From: a virus
Lineage: Duplodnaviria > Caudoviricetes
Length of the DNA stretch: 32,238 nucleotides
Virus record (IMG/VR): IMGVR_UViG_3300048598_000575
Span: 1-32,238 of that record
Reading direction: 5' to 3' (one strand)
Each line of letters begins with the position of its first letter. Within the stretch, counting starts at the first letter, position 1. The notes under the pieces were generated by a model that saw only the letters and a program-made list of their open reading frames with translations, searched no databases and had not been told where the DNA came from. Made by a program: the position numbers and the translations under genes. Of the stretch, positions 1-7,881 are shown piece after piece.

Positions 1-228
1 CTATTTTTTAAGCGGTACTCCCGCTCCGTCTTTAAAATTACCCGCCACGATCACAAAAATATCCACGATCCAGCCAAAACAGATCAGCCCCATGGTAAGC
101 GTATACAGTAGCCCGCGCCCAACCCGACCAACGTAGTAATAGTGTGCGCCAAACATCCCCAGACACAGGCATAGGATAAGCGCCGTCGTTTTGCTTTTAT
201 CACTGGTTTGTATCACGTAATTTGCCAT
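1..228 (-). CDS. TM2-domain membrane protein
   Basis: KSKTTALILCLCLGMFGAHYYYVGRVGRGLLYTLTMG..GWIVD matches the TM2 pattern (KS...A.lL..fLG.fGaH.fY.G). GGGAGG Shine-Dalgarno (SD) on the minus strand near 234-239. Confidence 0.85.
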   Translation of the reverse strand: MANYVIQTSDKSKTTALILCLCLGMFGAHYYYVGRVGRGLLYTLTMGLICFGWIVDIFVIVAGNFKDGAGVPLKK

Positions 229-303
229 TTTATCCTCCCATTGATAATATAGAAAATGTGTGCTATTATATCTTGGCCGATGGGGTCGAGATATGAAAAC
301 TGC

Positions 304-738
304 CTACTGTCTATTACCTGATGGATCCTCGCTAATAATCAAATCGATACCGTATTTTTGGAGTGTCTCTTTGACCACATGCAGCGATTTTACCGGGTCG
401 CCTGCCAAATGTCTGGATGCAACAATTTTTTTGGATTCTTCGAGCGCAGAGCGCAAAGGTTCTGGGAATATTTCAAGGGATTCCGGCGATGCCGGGATCG
501 GATATCCTAAAATCGAGTAGACCTCTGGGCCCAAAACCTGGACGAATTTATCGATTATTTTTACATCCCGGGGAATTTTGCCACCTCGTTTCATATATGC
601 TGACATCTGGCCCTGGCTCACGCCAAATAGAGCGGCAAATTCGCTGATCGTGCGCCGGGAATTTCCGCGAAACTTATAAAACGCCTTATTGATGTATTCA
701 AACCAGGCGGTTGCAATCTCGTCTTTCACTTTTTCCAT
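304..738 (-). CDS. XRE-like HTH repressor (CI-like, no peptidase domain)
   Basis: HTH-like TISEFAALFGVSQGQMSAYMKRGGKIP; divergent from the early operon. Start moved to the ATG at 738, just downstream of a TATAAT. Confidence 0.75.
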   Translation of the reverse strand: MEKVKDEIATAWFEYINKAFYKFRGNSRRTISEFAALFGVSQGQMSAYMKRGGKIPRDVKIIDKFVQVLGPEVYSILGYPIPASPESLEIFPEPLRSALEESKKIVASRHLAGDPVKSLHVVKETLQKYGIDLIISEDPSGNRQ

Positions 739-747
739 GACATATCC

Positions 748-753
748 ATTATA
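748..753 (-). promoter_or_regulatory. -10 box of the repressor promoter
   Basis: TATAAT on the minus strand 9 nt upstream of the ATG at 738; no good -35 or SD. Confidence 0.55.
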
Positions 754-783
754 GTGCAAACATAGTAAAACCTATATAAACAC

Positions 784-812
784 TTGAAAATACATTCTTG
801 TTGTGATAAAAT
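784..812 (+). promoter_or_regulatory. Early rightward sigma70-type promoter
   Basis: TTGAAA (784-789), 17-nt spacer, TAAAAT (807-812) with extended -10 TG at 804-805. Confidence 0.75.
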
Positions 813-846
813 ATTCCTACAGGGATATTAAAACCCTGTAGGAATA
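812..846. repeat. Perfect 13-bp inverted repeat, candidate operator
   Basis: TATTCCTACAGGG-atattaaaa-CCCTGTAGGAATA, covering the predicted transcription start and abutting the AGGAGG SD. Confidence 0.7.
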
Positions 847-858
847 GGAGGGGTTTAC

Positions 859-1056
859 ATGCCCGAACAGAAAAGCATACAAAAAAATTGGGCTTTTCGG
901 CCGACCACAATCGAGGAACTCGATTATTTGTGTGGTATGGAGCTGCGCTCTCAGCAAAACATGATCGAGGCGCTTATCCATCGCGCATATCAACAGGTGA
1001 CCGATACGCCCTATGATCCTCAGATGGCCAAAGATGATTCATCGGAAGGAAAATAA
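859..1056 (+). CDS. Small Cro-like/ribbon-helix-helix-like regulator
   Basis: First gene of the early operon with a strong SD. KNWAFRPTTIEELDYLC..ELRSQQNMIEALIHRAY fits a strand-helix-helix pattern. Confidence 0.6.
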   Translation: MPEQKSIQKNWAFRPTTIEELDYLCGMELRSQQNMIEALIHRAYQQVTDTPYDPQMAKDDSSEGK

Positions 1057-1061
1057 CAACC

Positions 1062-1148
1062 ATGTCATTTGCCACTTGGATCGTACTTTTGACCGTGATT
1101 TATCTCGCCAGCCTGATATATAGTGTCGGCGAGATCAGAGATAACTGA
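1062..1148 (+). CDS. 28-aa single-pass membrane peptide (below the ORF-track cut-off)
   Basis: Translates as MSFATWIVLLTVIYLASLIYSVGEIRDN*; AAGGA at 1046-1050 upstream. Confidence 0.55.
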   Translation: MSFATWIVLLTVIYLASLIYSVGEIRDN

Positions 1149-1211
1149 TCCCCCGCAGGGCGGGGCGCCTTTTCCGGCGAATGATCCAATTGAGATGATA
1201 GAGAGCAGATA

Positions 1212-2120
1212 ATGACAACCGATTTTGACCAGCTTCAAAATTTCGCTTCTTGGATGCGCAAAAAATCTACTCATTCAGTTTCTGACCTGACAATCAATGC
1301 TTATATTTCTGATGTCCGGCAGTTTTCACGTTGGGTATCCGAGCGCATCGGCGCCGAGTTCGAGCTGAGCGACCTGACATCTTTTGATCTTTCGGCTTAT
1401 GCCGACAGCTGCCTGGCAGCCGGGGCGAAAGCGTCGACCTGGAACCGTCGCCGTACGGCGCTGCGCCTTTTCTGCCGATTCTTGGTAGAGTCTGGCCAGC
1501 AGCATGATGACCAGTTTCGCGGGGTGGTGCGCATGATACGCGATCCTGAGGCTCCCAAATCGCTAAGTCAACAAGATTTTTACCGCTTTATGCGCGCGGC
1601 TGATCGCGCGGTGGCCAGCGCTCGCACTGATCTGCAGCGCCAAACGGCCATCCGCAACCGCGCCCTGATTGCAGTCCTGGGATATGCAGGACTGCGGGTC
1701 AGCGAAGCTCGTGAACTTTGCGTGTCTGACCTACTGCTTAGTGATCGCATTGGAGAGCTGACCGTGCGCCGCGGCAAAGGCAATAAACAGAGTACAGCCT
1801 ATTTGCAAAAAAATGGTCGTAACGAGCTGCGCGCCTGGCTAGAGATTCGGCCGCAGACGCTTGGCTCTCTCGTTTTTGGAGCGATCTCATCGCGCCAGGC
1901 AGAGCGCATCGTCAGTGAGATTGCTCGCGAGGCAGGCATCGAGACCACGGTCACACCTCATACCCTGCGTCATACCTACATCTACCGGATCTGGTCACAG
2001 ACCCATGATATAAACCTGTGTAAGTCACTCGGTCGCCACTCGCGTGCCGAGCAAACCTTGCGTTATGCCATGCCACACAAGAGCGACCTGATCGACGCTC
2101 TTGATTCGCTGGCATTTTAG
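1212..2120 (+). CDS. XerC/XerD-like tyrosine recombinase
   Basis: N-terminal SAM-like core-binding domain (TINAYISDVRQF) plus catalytic motifs GLRVSE, KGNK, PHTLRH and LGRHS...TLRY. 302 aa with no arm-binding domain. Confidence 0.93.
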   Translation: MTTDFDQLQNFASWMRKKSTHSVSDLTINAYISDVRQFSRWVSERIGAEFELSDLTSFDLSAYADSCLAAGAKASTWNRRRTALRLFCRFLVESGQQHDDQFRGVVRMIRDPEAPKSLSQQDFYRFMRAADRAVASARTDLQRQTAIRNRALIAVLGYAGLRVSEARELCVSDLLLSDRIGELTVRRGKGNKQSTAYLQKNGRNELRAWLEIRPQTLGSLVFGAISSRQAERIVSEIAREAGIETTVTPHTLRHTYIYRIWSQTHDINLCKSLGRHSRAEQTLRYAMPHKSDLIDALDSLAF

Positions 2121-2128
2121 TTGCCTTT

Positions 2129-2162
2129 CCTGCGGATGGAGCACTCCCCAGCCATCCGCAGG
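2129..2162 (+). promoter_or_regulatory. 11-bp stem-loop upstream of an RBS
   Basis: CCTGCGGATGG-agcactccccag-CCATCCGCAGG; no U-tract follows. Confidence 0.55.
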
Positions 2163-2180
2163 CGGGCATCAGGAGGAGTT

Positions 2181-2396
2181 ATGACTGAGCGCTATACCAC
2201 ACCTGGCACAGTCCAGGTCAGGATCCTCACTGACATAGAGGATACCGACAAGATCGCTGCTTTGATCACGCATGCCATCAAGGACGCTGGCTATAACGTG
2301 ATCGATTGCAGTGGCCAGTTTCCGGACCGCATGGATCCCGATCATCGGCGCAAGGTCCACATTACCGCGATACCCGCAGTAGATAGAGGTGGATGA
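2181..2396 (+). CDS. Hypothetical protein
   Basis: AGGAGG SD then ATG at 2181; ATGA overlap with the next gene. Confidence 0.7.
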   Translation: MTERYTTPGTVQVRILTDIEDTDKIAALITHAIKDAGYNVIDCSGQFPDRMDPDHRRKVHITAIPAVDRGG

Positions 2397-2749
2397 TGGA
2401 TGCAATAGATGTTTTGATCTCTACCAATACAAAATTTAACAATGCGCAATCGACTATAAAAGCACCTTTCCCCGTCGACCCCTGGAATGCTTTTTTGCAA
2501 ATCGCCCGCGATAACGTACCGGCGAAATTTGCAGCTTTCTTGGTCGACGCTAAACCGCACTTCGATAAATGGCCGCCAGCGTTTCTCACGGAATACGACG
2601 GCTTTGAGATTCAGCATGACGGGATAGTCCCCGTCAAGGTCAAGTTCGAAGACTCGGGGGTTTATTATCTTATATATGGGTGGAGTACCAGAAGTCTCGA
2701 GGAGGCCATCATATCGGCGCATAATTTTTGGCTGGCCAAAGAGCAGTAG
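2393..2749 (+). CDS. Hypothetical protein
   Basis: GAGGT SD; coupled to the previous gene; 118 aa. Confidence 0.65.
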   Translation: MMDAIDVLISTNTKFNNAQSTIKAPFPVDPWNAFLQIARDNVPAKFAAFLVDAKPHFDKWPPAFLTEYDGFEIQHDGIVPVKVKFEDSGVYYLIYGWSTRSLEEAIISAHNFWLAKEQ

Positions 2750-2768
2750 CGGGAAGCATTTTAGTCGC

Positions 2769-3137
2769 ATGAAATATTCATTTCTTTTCTCTGCGAGTTC
2801 TATTCCCGCTACGCAGTTGTCAGAGTATCAGACTGCGATCTGCGCATGGTATAGGCAGACATCTCAGATCATAGCAGCTCTAGCCTGGCATGAAGTGGAA
2901 ATAAAAGCAGAAGAAGAAAAACTCCCAAAGTTCTCAACTTCATACCCCCGGGCCCGTCTGGGCGGGTCAGCGCGAAAACCATTGGCCCTGGGTCAAAGTG
3001 AGACAGATACATCTATGTCGCATAACCCCGCATTATGCGACATAGAACAAGCCTTTTCGGCCACTGGCCGGGCAAACCAGGCTGATTATCTCACGCAAAA
3101 CGCGTCGCATAACTCGCAAGCAGACCACCGGGCATAG
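2769..3137 (+). CDS. Possible hypothetical protein (overlaps the dif-like site)
   Basis: Open frame from the ATG at 2769 with a weak SD; the C-terminal half looks like translated regulatory DNA. Confidence 0.3.
   Translation: MKYSFLFSASSIPATQLSEYQTAICAWYRQTSQIIAALAWHEVEIKAEEEKLPKFSTSYPRARLGGSARKPLALGQSETDTSMSHNPALCDIEQAFSATGRANQADYLTQNASHNSQADHRA
3012..3046. other. Symmetric dif/lox-like tyrosine recombinase site
   Basis: TCTATGTCGCATAA-CCCCGCA-TTATGCGACATAGA: perfect 14-bp arms around an asymmetric 7-bp spacer. The inner CGCATAA...TTATG matches the E. coli dif core. Confidence 0.7.
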
Positions 3138-3240
3138 GGGGTACGCCCAAAATGGAGCACAGACACCCCCTACCCCCCACCCCCCTGACGCATACGCTAA
3201 ATTTTGTGAGCAAATTTAAAAAGGTTTGGAGAGAGCAGCC

Positions 3241-4452
3241 ATGACAGACAAAAAAACGAACGACGAACTGGTAGATGATGCGAAACGGCTCAACCCGATC
3301 GAGCAGATCGTGGCAGAGACACCAGGGTTTACCCTGACTGGTCACGGGCGCTATCTGACGACGCGGGAGCATGACAGTCTGATAATCGATACGCACACAG
3401 GCGGGTATCACTATAACTCGGCAGAAGAGCATGGAGACGTGATCAACTGGATCGAGCACCGTAATGGCTGGGATTTTAAAGCAACGGTGGAGTGGCTGTG
3501 TCGGCGGGCAGGGATTGCTGAGCCTGACTGGGGAGCCGGGTCACCCGGGCAGCGCATCGCGGCACGGGCCAGGATGGACGTCTATGATGCTGCTACTGAG
3601 GTGTTTACCAGCTATCTCTGGGCGGATAAGGATGCGCTGGCCTATCCACAGCGGCGCGGCTGGACGGATGAGACGATCAAAACGGCGATGCTGGGGTATA
3701 CCGGTAACGCCGACCAGCGCGAGGCAGTCAAAGGCGCACTGATCAAAACGATCGTTGAGGGTGGAGGCGACCCCCAAAGCCCGGCTGCTGTTGCTATGGT
3801 CGGATACCGCGGGGACGTGCGCCGGTGGATGTTGGATCACGAACTGAACCCAGAGGAGCAATCAAAATGGATCGAACAAGGGTTCATTCCTGGGCTGGTG
3901 GGGCGCGACATGCTGATCTACCCGCACGTGATCGGCGGACGGGTGGTCTACCTCTCAGGGCGTCGGATCCATGTGGAGCCTGGGGAGCATAACAAAAGCT
4001 ACAACCTGCCAGTGACTCTGGCTGGGCAAAAACAGATCTACTGCAACTGGATCTGGTCAAGCAAGGTCATGACCTGCGTGGTGACTGAGGGACAGGCAAA
4101 CGCAGTTACTCTAGCGCAATGGGGACTGCCAGCGGTAGCACTGATGGGGACGTCAGTAGATGAACATACAGCGCGATTTTTGGGTGTGGGTGATGCGGAC
4201 CGCGAGGTAGCCATCTACCTGGCACTGGATAGTGATGCTGCCGGAAAAAAAGCGGTTGGAATGAGCGAAGAGAAATTTAAGCCGGGATTGCTTGCCGAAA
4301 ACAAATACCTTAGATTTTTTGGACCAACGGCCAGGGTGCTTGACTGGAAAGGGATCGGCGGGATCGACACGTATATCGATCAGACTGACCCAGAGCGACC
4401 AGAGCGAGAGGTCACTGACGCCAACGATCTACTGAGGGGGATGATCGCATGA
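3241..4452 (+). CDS. DnaG-like TOPRIM primase
   Basis: N-terminal zinc-binding-domain-like fold (GDVINWIEHRNGWDFKATVEWL), RRGWTDETIK, LIYP..GRVVYLSGR and TOPRIM motifs VTEG, LALDSDAAG, DANDLL. Confidence 0.85.
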   Translation: MTDKKTNDELVDDAKRLNPIEQIVAETPGFTLTGHGRYLTTREHDSLIIDTHTGGYHYNSAEEHGDVINWIEHRNGWDFKATVEWLCRRAGIAEPDWGAGSPGQRIAARARMDVYDAATEVFTSYLWADKDALAYPQRRGWTDETIKTAMLGYTGNADQREAVKGALIKTIVEGGGDPQSPAAVAMVGYRGDVRRWMLDHELNPEEQSKWIEQGFIPGLVGRDMLIYPHVIGGRVVYLSGRRIHVEPGEHNKSYNLPVTLAGQKQIYCNWIWSSKVMTCVVTEGQANAVTLAQWGLPAVALMGTSVDEHTARFLGVGDADREVAIYLALDSDAAGKKAVGMSEEKFKPGLLAENKYLRFFGPTARVLDWKGIGGIDTYIDQTDPERPEREVTDANDLLRGMIA

Positions 4453-6221
4453 CCCATAAAATCATCGCAACTGACGAGCAAATGCGGCTGATCAACGCGG
4501 CGATCAATGAGTCCGAGACGTACATCCAGGTGATCGCGCGACGGGTTGGAACGCTGAAGGGCGCTGAAAAAGATCAGGCACTGCCCGAGTTTGTGCGGAT
4601 CGCGGCGCAGCTCCCCGAGATGACGTATACGCGCTATGAGAGCATGCTGGCGCGAGCGGTGGGGTTGACAACGATGGAGCTGCGCAAGCAGATCAAGGTC
4701 GCTAAAAAAGAGGGCGATAAAAGCGAGGATGGCGAAGACGTTGAGTGTACGTTGGGCGGATATATCGATGGTTACGTGGTGGAGTACCTCTATGACTCAG
4801 ACGACGATACCGCCAGTCTGGCCTGGCGAACCCCAGATGGAAAACTTGAGGCCGGCACAAGTATTTCGATTTCACAAAAAAAATACATGGCGATGATGCC
4901 CAACGAGACGATCAGACGGGGCGCTATTCTCTTTCCGGCAAAGTTGGGAGAGCTGCGCGATACCAAAACTCTAGCTGCCATGATCGAGAGTTTCGTCAAA
5001 CGGGTTTATCTCCTCCCTACACCGCTGTATGCCAAAATCATTAGCTACTATGTTTTGCTCACCTGGATGTATGACAGTTTTCCAGCAATCCCGTACCTGC
5101 GGGTCACTGGAGAGCCTGGCAGCGGTAAGAGTGAGTTGATGCTGCGCATCGCGCTGCTTTGTTATCGCCGGTTTGTGGCCGGTGGAGCGAGTTCAACAGC
5201 ATCCCTTTTTCGCATGGTCGATAAATACAAAGGCACTCTGTTTATGGATGAGATGGATTTGCAAAAAAGCGATGCCAGCGCCGACATGATCAAGTTATTG
5301 GTGCAAGGATCCATGCGCGATGGCGCGCCGATCATCCGCTGCGAAGAAACGATGATCGATGGGGTAAAGGTGATACAAGAGATTATTTTTCCAGTTTATT
5401 GCCCTAAGCTACTCTCTATGCAAGGCGAGTTCTACGACAAAGCCGTGGCCAGCCGCTGTATTACGTTTCCCCTACAAGCGAGGGAGACCTATGAGCTGAT
5501 CGATGCTGGGATCCCGCTGAGCATCAACGAGCCAATGCGACGCGAGGCACAGGCCATGCGCAATCTGCTGCTGGCCTGGCGGCTGAAACACTGGCAGCCG
5601 AACATCGAGATCGACCCAGATTTTTACAATCTTAACATCTCAGCCCGTCTTAACCAGGTTACTGTGGCCATCCAGATGATTGCCGAAGACGATGAGCCAT
5701 TACGGCAAGAGATCAACCAATTTATGGAAGAGTACCAGCGCTATATGACGCAGGACAAAAACATGACCATCGAGGCACGCATCATCGAAGCTATCTGGGT
5801 AATTTATAAATTTAGGGGGGCATCAATGGTGGACCGAGAAGCGGATGGGCGCGAAAAGATCAAAATCGGCTATGTCACGGATATGGCCAACAAGATCATC
5901 AAAGCAATGAATATGGAATCAGACGAGGATGATCAGACTGCGAAGAAAAAAGATTTGCTGTCTCCGCAAAAAGTAGGCCACCGGCTGCGTGAAAAGCTAC
6001 AGATGGAGACATCTCCACGATCACGAGATGGGTACTCAGTATATTGGGATTTGCGGCACATGGAGGCTCTATCAAAACGATACGGTGTCACTCCCAATGA
6101 TCTGACCGACCCAGATGAGGGCAAGAATATTTTACCCACTGCTCAGGTTAACCTGGGTAAACCGATCCCAACGGCGAAGCAAGAAGAACTTCCCGCAGAG
6201 AATAGTGATGGGGAACGATGA
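4449..6221 (+). CDS. P-loop ATPase, probable replicative helicase/origin-binding protein
   Basis: Walker A GEPGSGKS, Walker B TLFMDE, arginine finger ASRC. Coupled to the primase and followed by iterons. Confidence 0.75.
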   Translation: MTHKIIATDEQMRLINAAINESETYIQVIARRVGTLKGAEKDQALPEFVRIAAQLPEMTYTRYESMLARAVGLTTMELRKQIKVAKKEGDKSEDGEDVECTLGGYIDGYVVEYLYDSDDDTASLAWRTPDGKLEAGTSISISQKKYMAMMPNETIRRGAILFPAKLGELRDTKTLAAMIESFVKRVYLLPTPLYAKIISYYVLLTWMYDSFPAIPYLRVTGEPGSGKSELMLRIALLCYRRFVAGGASSTASLFRMVDKYKGTLFMDEMDLQKSDASADMIKLLVQGSMRDGAPIIRCEETMIDGVKVIQEIIFPVYCPKLLSMQGEFYDKAVASRCITFPLQARETYELIDAGIPLSINEPMRREAQAMRNLLLAWRLKHWQPNIEIDPDFYNLNISARLNQVTVAIQMIAEDDEPLRQEINQFMEEYQRYMTQDKNMTIEARIIEAIWVIYKFRGASMVDREADGREKIKIGYVTDMANKIIKAMNMESDEDDQTAKKKDLLSPQKVGHRLREKLQMETSPRSRDGYSVYWDLRHMEALSKRYGVTPNDLTDPDEGKNILPTAQVNLGKPIPTAKQEELPAENSDGER

Positions 6222-6530
6222 ACATTGTGAACAAAATGAACTTCGTGAACAAGTTTTTGACTACTCCTGACGAAATAAAATTCTCGAAAGGTGAAAAAGT
6301 GAAAAATCTCTATTTACGGTCGCATACATGTTCACAAAGTTCACAAGTTCACGGATTCATCTAAATTGGTAATTATTTATTACTGAAAGTTACTAATTAT
6401 TTACTAAAAATGATGTATTTATGTACTTTTGTGAAGTGATATGAGGATAAACGGATTTTTTGAAATCTCGGTAACAGAAAAGTAATAAAAATCCGTGAAC
6501 TTTGAAAAAAGATGTTCACAACATGTTCAC
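6218..6530. repeat. Probable replication origin: TGAAC/GTTCAC iterons flanking AT-rich DNA
   Basis: TGAAC at 6219, 6228, 6237, 6246 (9-bp period); GTTCAC at 6330, 6339, 6347; AT-rich ~6361-6490; GTGAAC at 6495; GTTCAC at 6514, 6525. Confidence 0.8.
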
Positions 6531-6546
6531 AAAATAGGAGGAAAAA

Positions 6547-6777
6547 ATGGGATTAAGAGAAGGATTGTTATGGTACATGAGCCCGCTGCCCACGCTGGAA
6601 CAAAAAATCAGCGAGGGGATCCGACGCTACTGTATGAAATATGGTGATATGCCAACGTTGGTGGAGGGCGCCGAGGGAGAGATCCCGACAGAGGGGATGA
6701 CGGTGGATGGAGTGCGGGTGATGCCTAGCATAGCCATCCGACAAGGATATATTTTGGTGGGGGTAGAGCATGAGTGA
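6547..6777 (+). CDS. Hypothetical phage protein
   Basis: AGGAGG SD; overlaps the next gene start. Confidence 0.75.
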   Translation: MGLREGLLWYMSPLPTLEQKISEGIRRYCMKYGDMPTLVEGAEGEIPTEGMTVDGVRVMPSIAIRQGYILVGVEHE

Positions 6778-7075
6778 TCTGATGTGTATCGTATGCGGCA
6801 AAGTGTTGGCCAGCCCGCTGGATCAGTACGGCCCGAGCGAGAGCGTACGCTGCTGGCAGTGCATTTCCAAAGGAAATGCAACTAAAGAGGATAAGACCAT
6901 CGCCATGGCGCTCACGGAGTTGCAGGATGCGGTGAATTTAGAGACAGGCATATCTGAGATGATGGCACGCGCTGAAGCTAAACATCGCGAGGCTAAAACC
7001 AAACTCAAAAAACTGTATGGAACTCACCCGTGGCTGGAGCTGAGAGTGTCGGAAATCGAGACGCGCTATGGATAA
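6770..7075 (+). CDS. Hypothetical zinc-finger/coiled-coil protein
   Basis: CxxC...CxxC (CIVC, CWQC) followed by a helical segment. Confidence 0.7.
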   Translation: MSDLMCIVCGKVLASPLDQYGPSESVRCWQCISKGNATKEDKTIAMALTELQDAVNLETGISEMMARAEAKHREAKTKLKKLYGTHPWLELRVSEIETRYG

Positions 7076-7871
7076 AATGCTGCGTCCATTGATGAGATAC
7101 CCAGGTGGAAAATGGAAAATCGCGCCGTGGATCATCGAAAACCTGCCGAGGCATGAGGTCTATGTGGAGGTTTGCGGCGGGGCGGCATCGGTGCTGCTAC
7201 GCAAGCCGATGAGCCGGACGGAGATCTATAACGATGTGGATGGGGACGTGGTCAATGTCTTCCGGGTGATGCGCGACCAAGAAAAAGCCATAAAACTGGC
7301 CGAACTGCTGCGATGGACGCCGTTTGCAGTCGAGGAGTATGAAAACTGCTGGGTGCGCGGCATCGATGACATCGATCAGGCACGCAAGTTGATCGTGCGC
7401 AGTTATTTTGGCATTGGGTCCGACTCTGTTTTTCGACGCAATGGGTTCAGGCGTGGATTCAAAAACAAAAAACTCGACGCGAACAACGCTTTTTACTCCT
7501 ATCAGGAGTGCATCCCCTTTTTTCGAGACCGGCTGCGGAATGTAGTCATCGAAAACATGGATTTTGCGAAACTGATCGGGATCTATGACTCGGCGGAGAC
7601 GCTATTTTATGTTGACCCGCCGTATCTCGATGAGGTATGCAGCCGAAACGCTGTGGTGTATCAGCATAGCCTTAGCCGGGAGCGACACATCGAGCTGGCA
7701 GAGCAACTCAATCGCTGCCAGGGTAACGTGGTTTTGAGCGGGTACCCCTCTGAGTTATATGAGCAGTTATACCCGGATTGGATGACCGTGACCAAAAAAG
7801 CGATCGCAGGCGGTGGGCATGTGCGGACAGAAATGATCTGGATCAAACATCCAGATAATCGATTATTTTAG
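7068..7871 (+). CDS. D12-class (Dam-like) N6-adenine DNA methyltransferase
   Basis: RYPGGK, YVEVCGGAASV, EIYND and catalytic DPPY. Target sequence cannot be inferred. Confidence 0.92.
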   Translation: MDKMLRPLMRYPGGKWKIAPWIIENLPRHEVYVEVCGGAASVLLRKPMSRTEIYNDVDGDVVNVFRVMRDQEKAIKLAELLRWTPFAVEEYENCWVRGIDDIDQARKLIVRSYFGIGSDSVFRRNGFRRGFKNKKLDANNAFYSYQECIPFFRDRLRNVVIENMDFAKLIGIYDSAETLFYVDPPYLDEVCSRNAVVYQHSLSRERHIELAEQLNRCQGNVVLSGYPSELYEQLYPDWMTVTKKAIAGGGHVRTEMIWIKHPDNRLF

Positions 7872-7881
7872 GAGGCAGAAA

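Noticed and set aside
6267-6292. Second hammerhead core (CTGACGA...GAAA)
   Set aside because: No convincing stem II, stem I or cleavage triplet; it lies within origin DNA.
7068-7871. Restriction-modification system, or a GATC-specific dam assignment
   Set aside because: There is no endonuclease nearby and specificity cannot be read from the sequence. The frequent GATC sites may reflect ATC/GAT codon usage.
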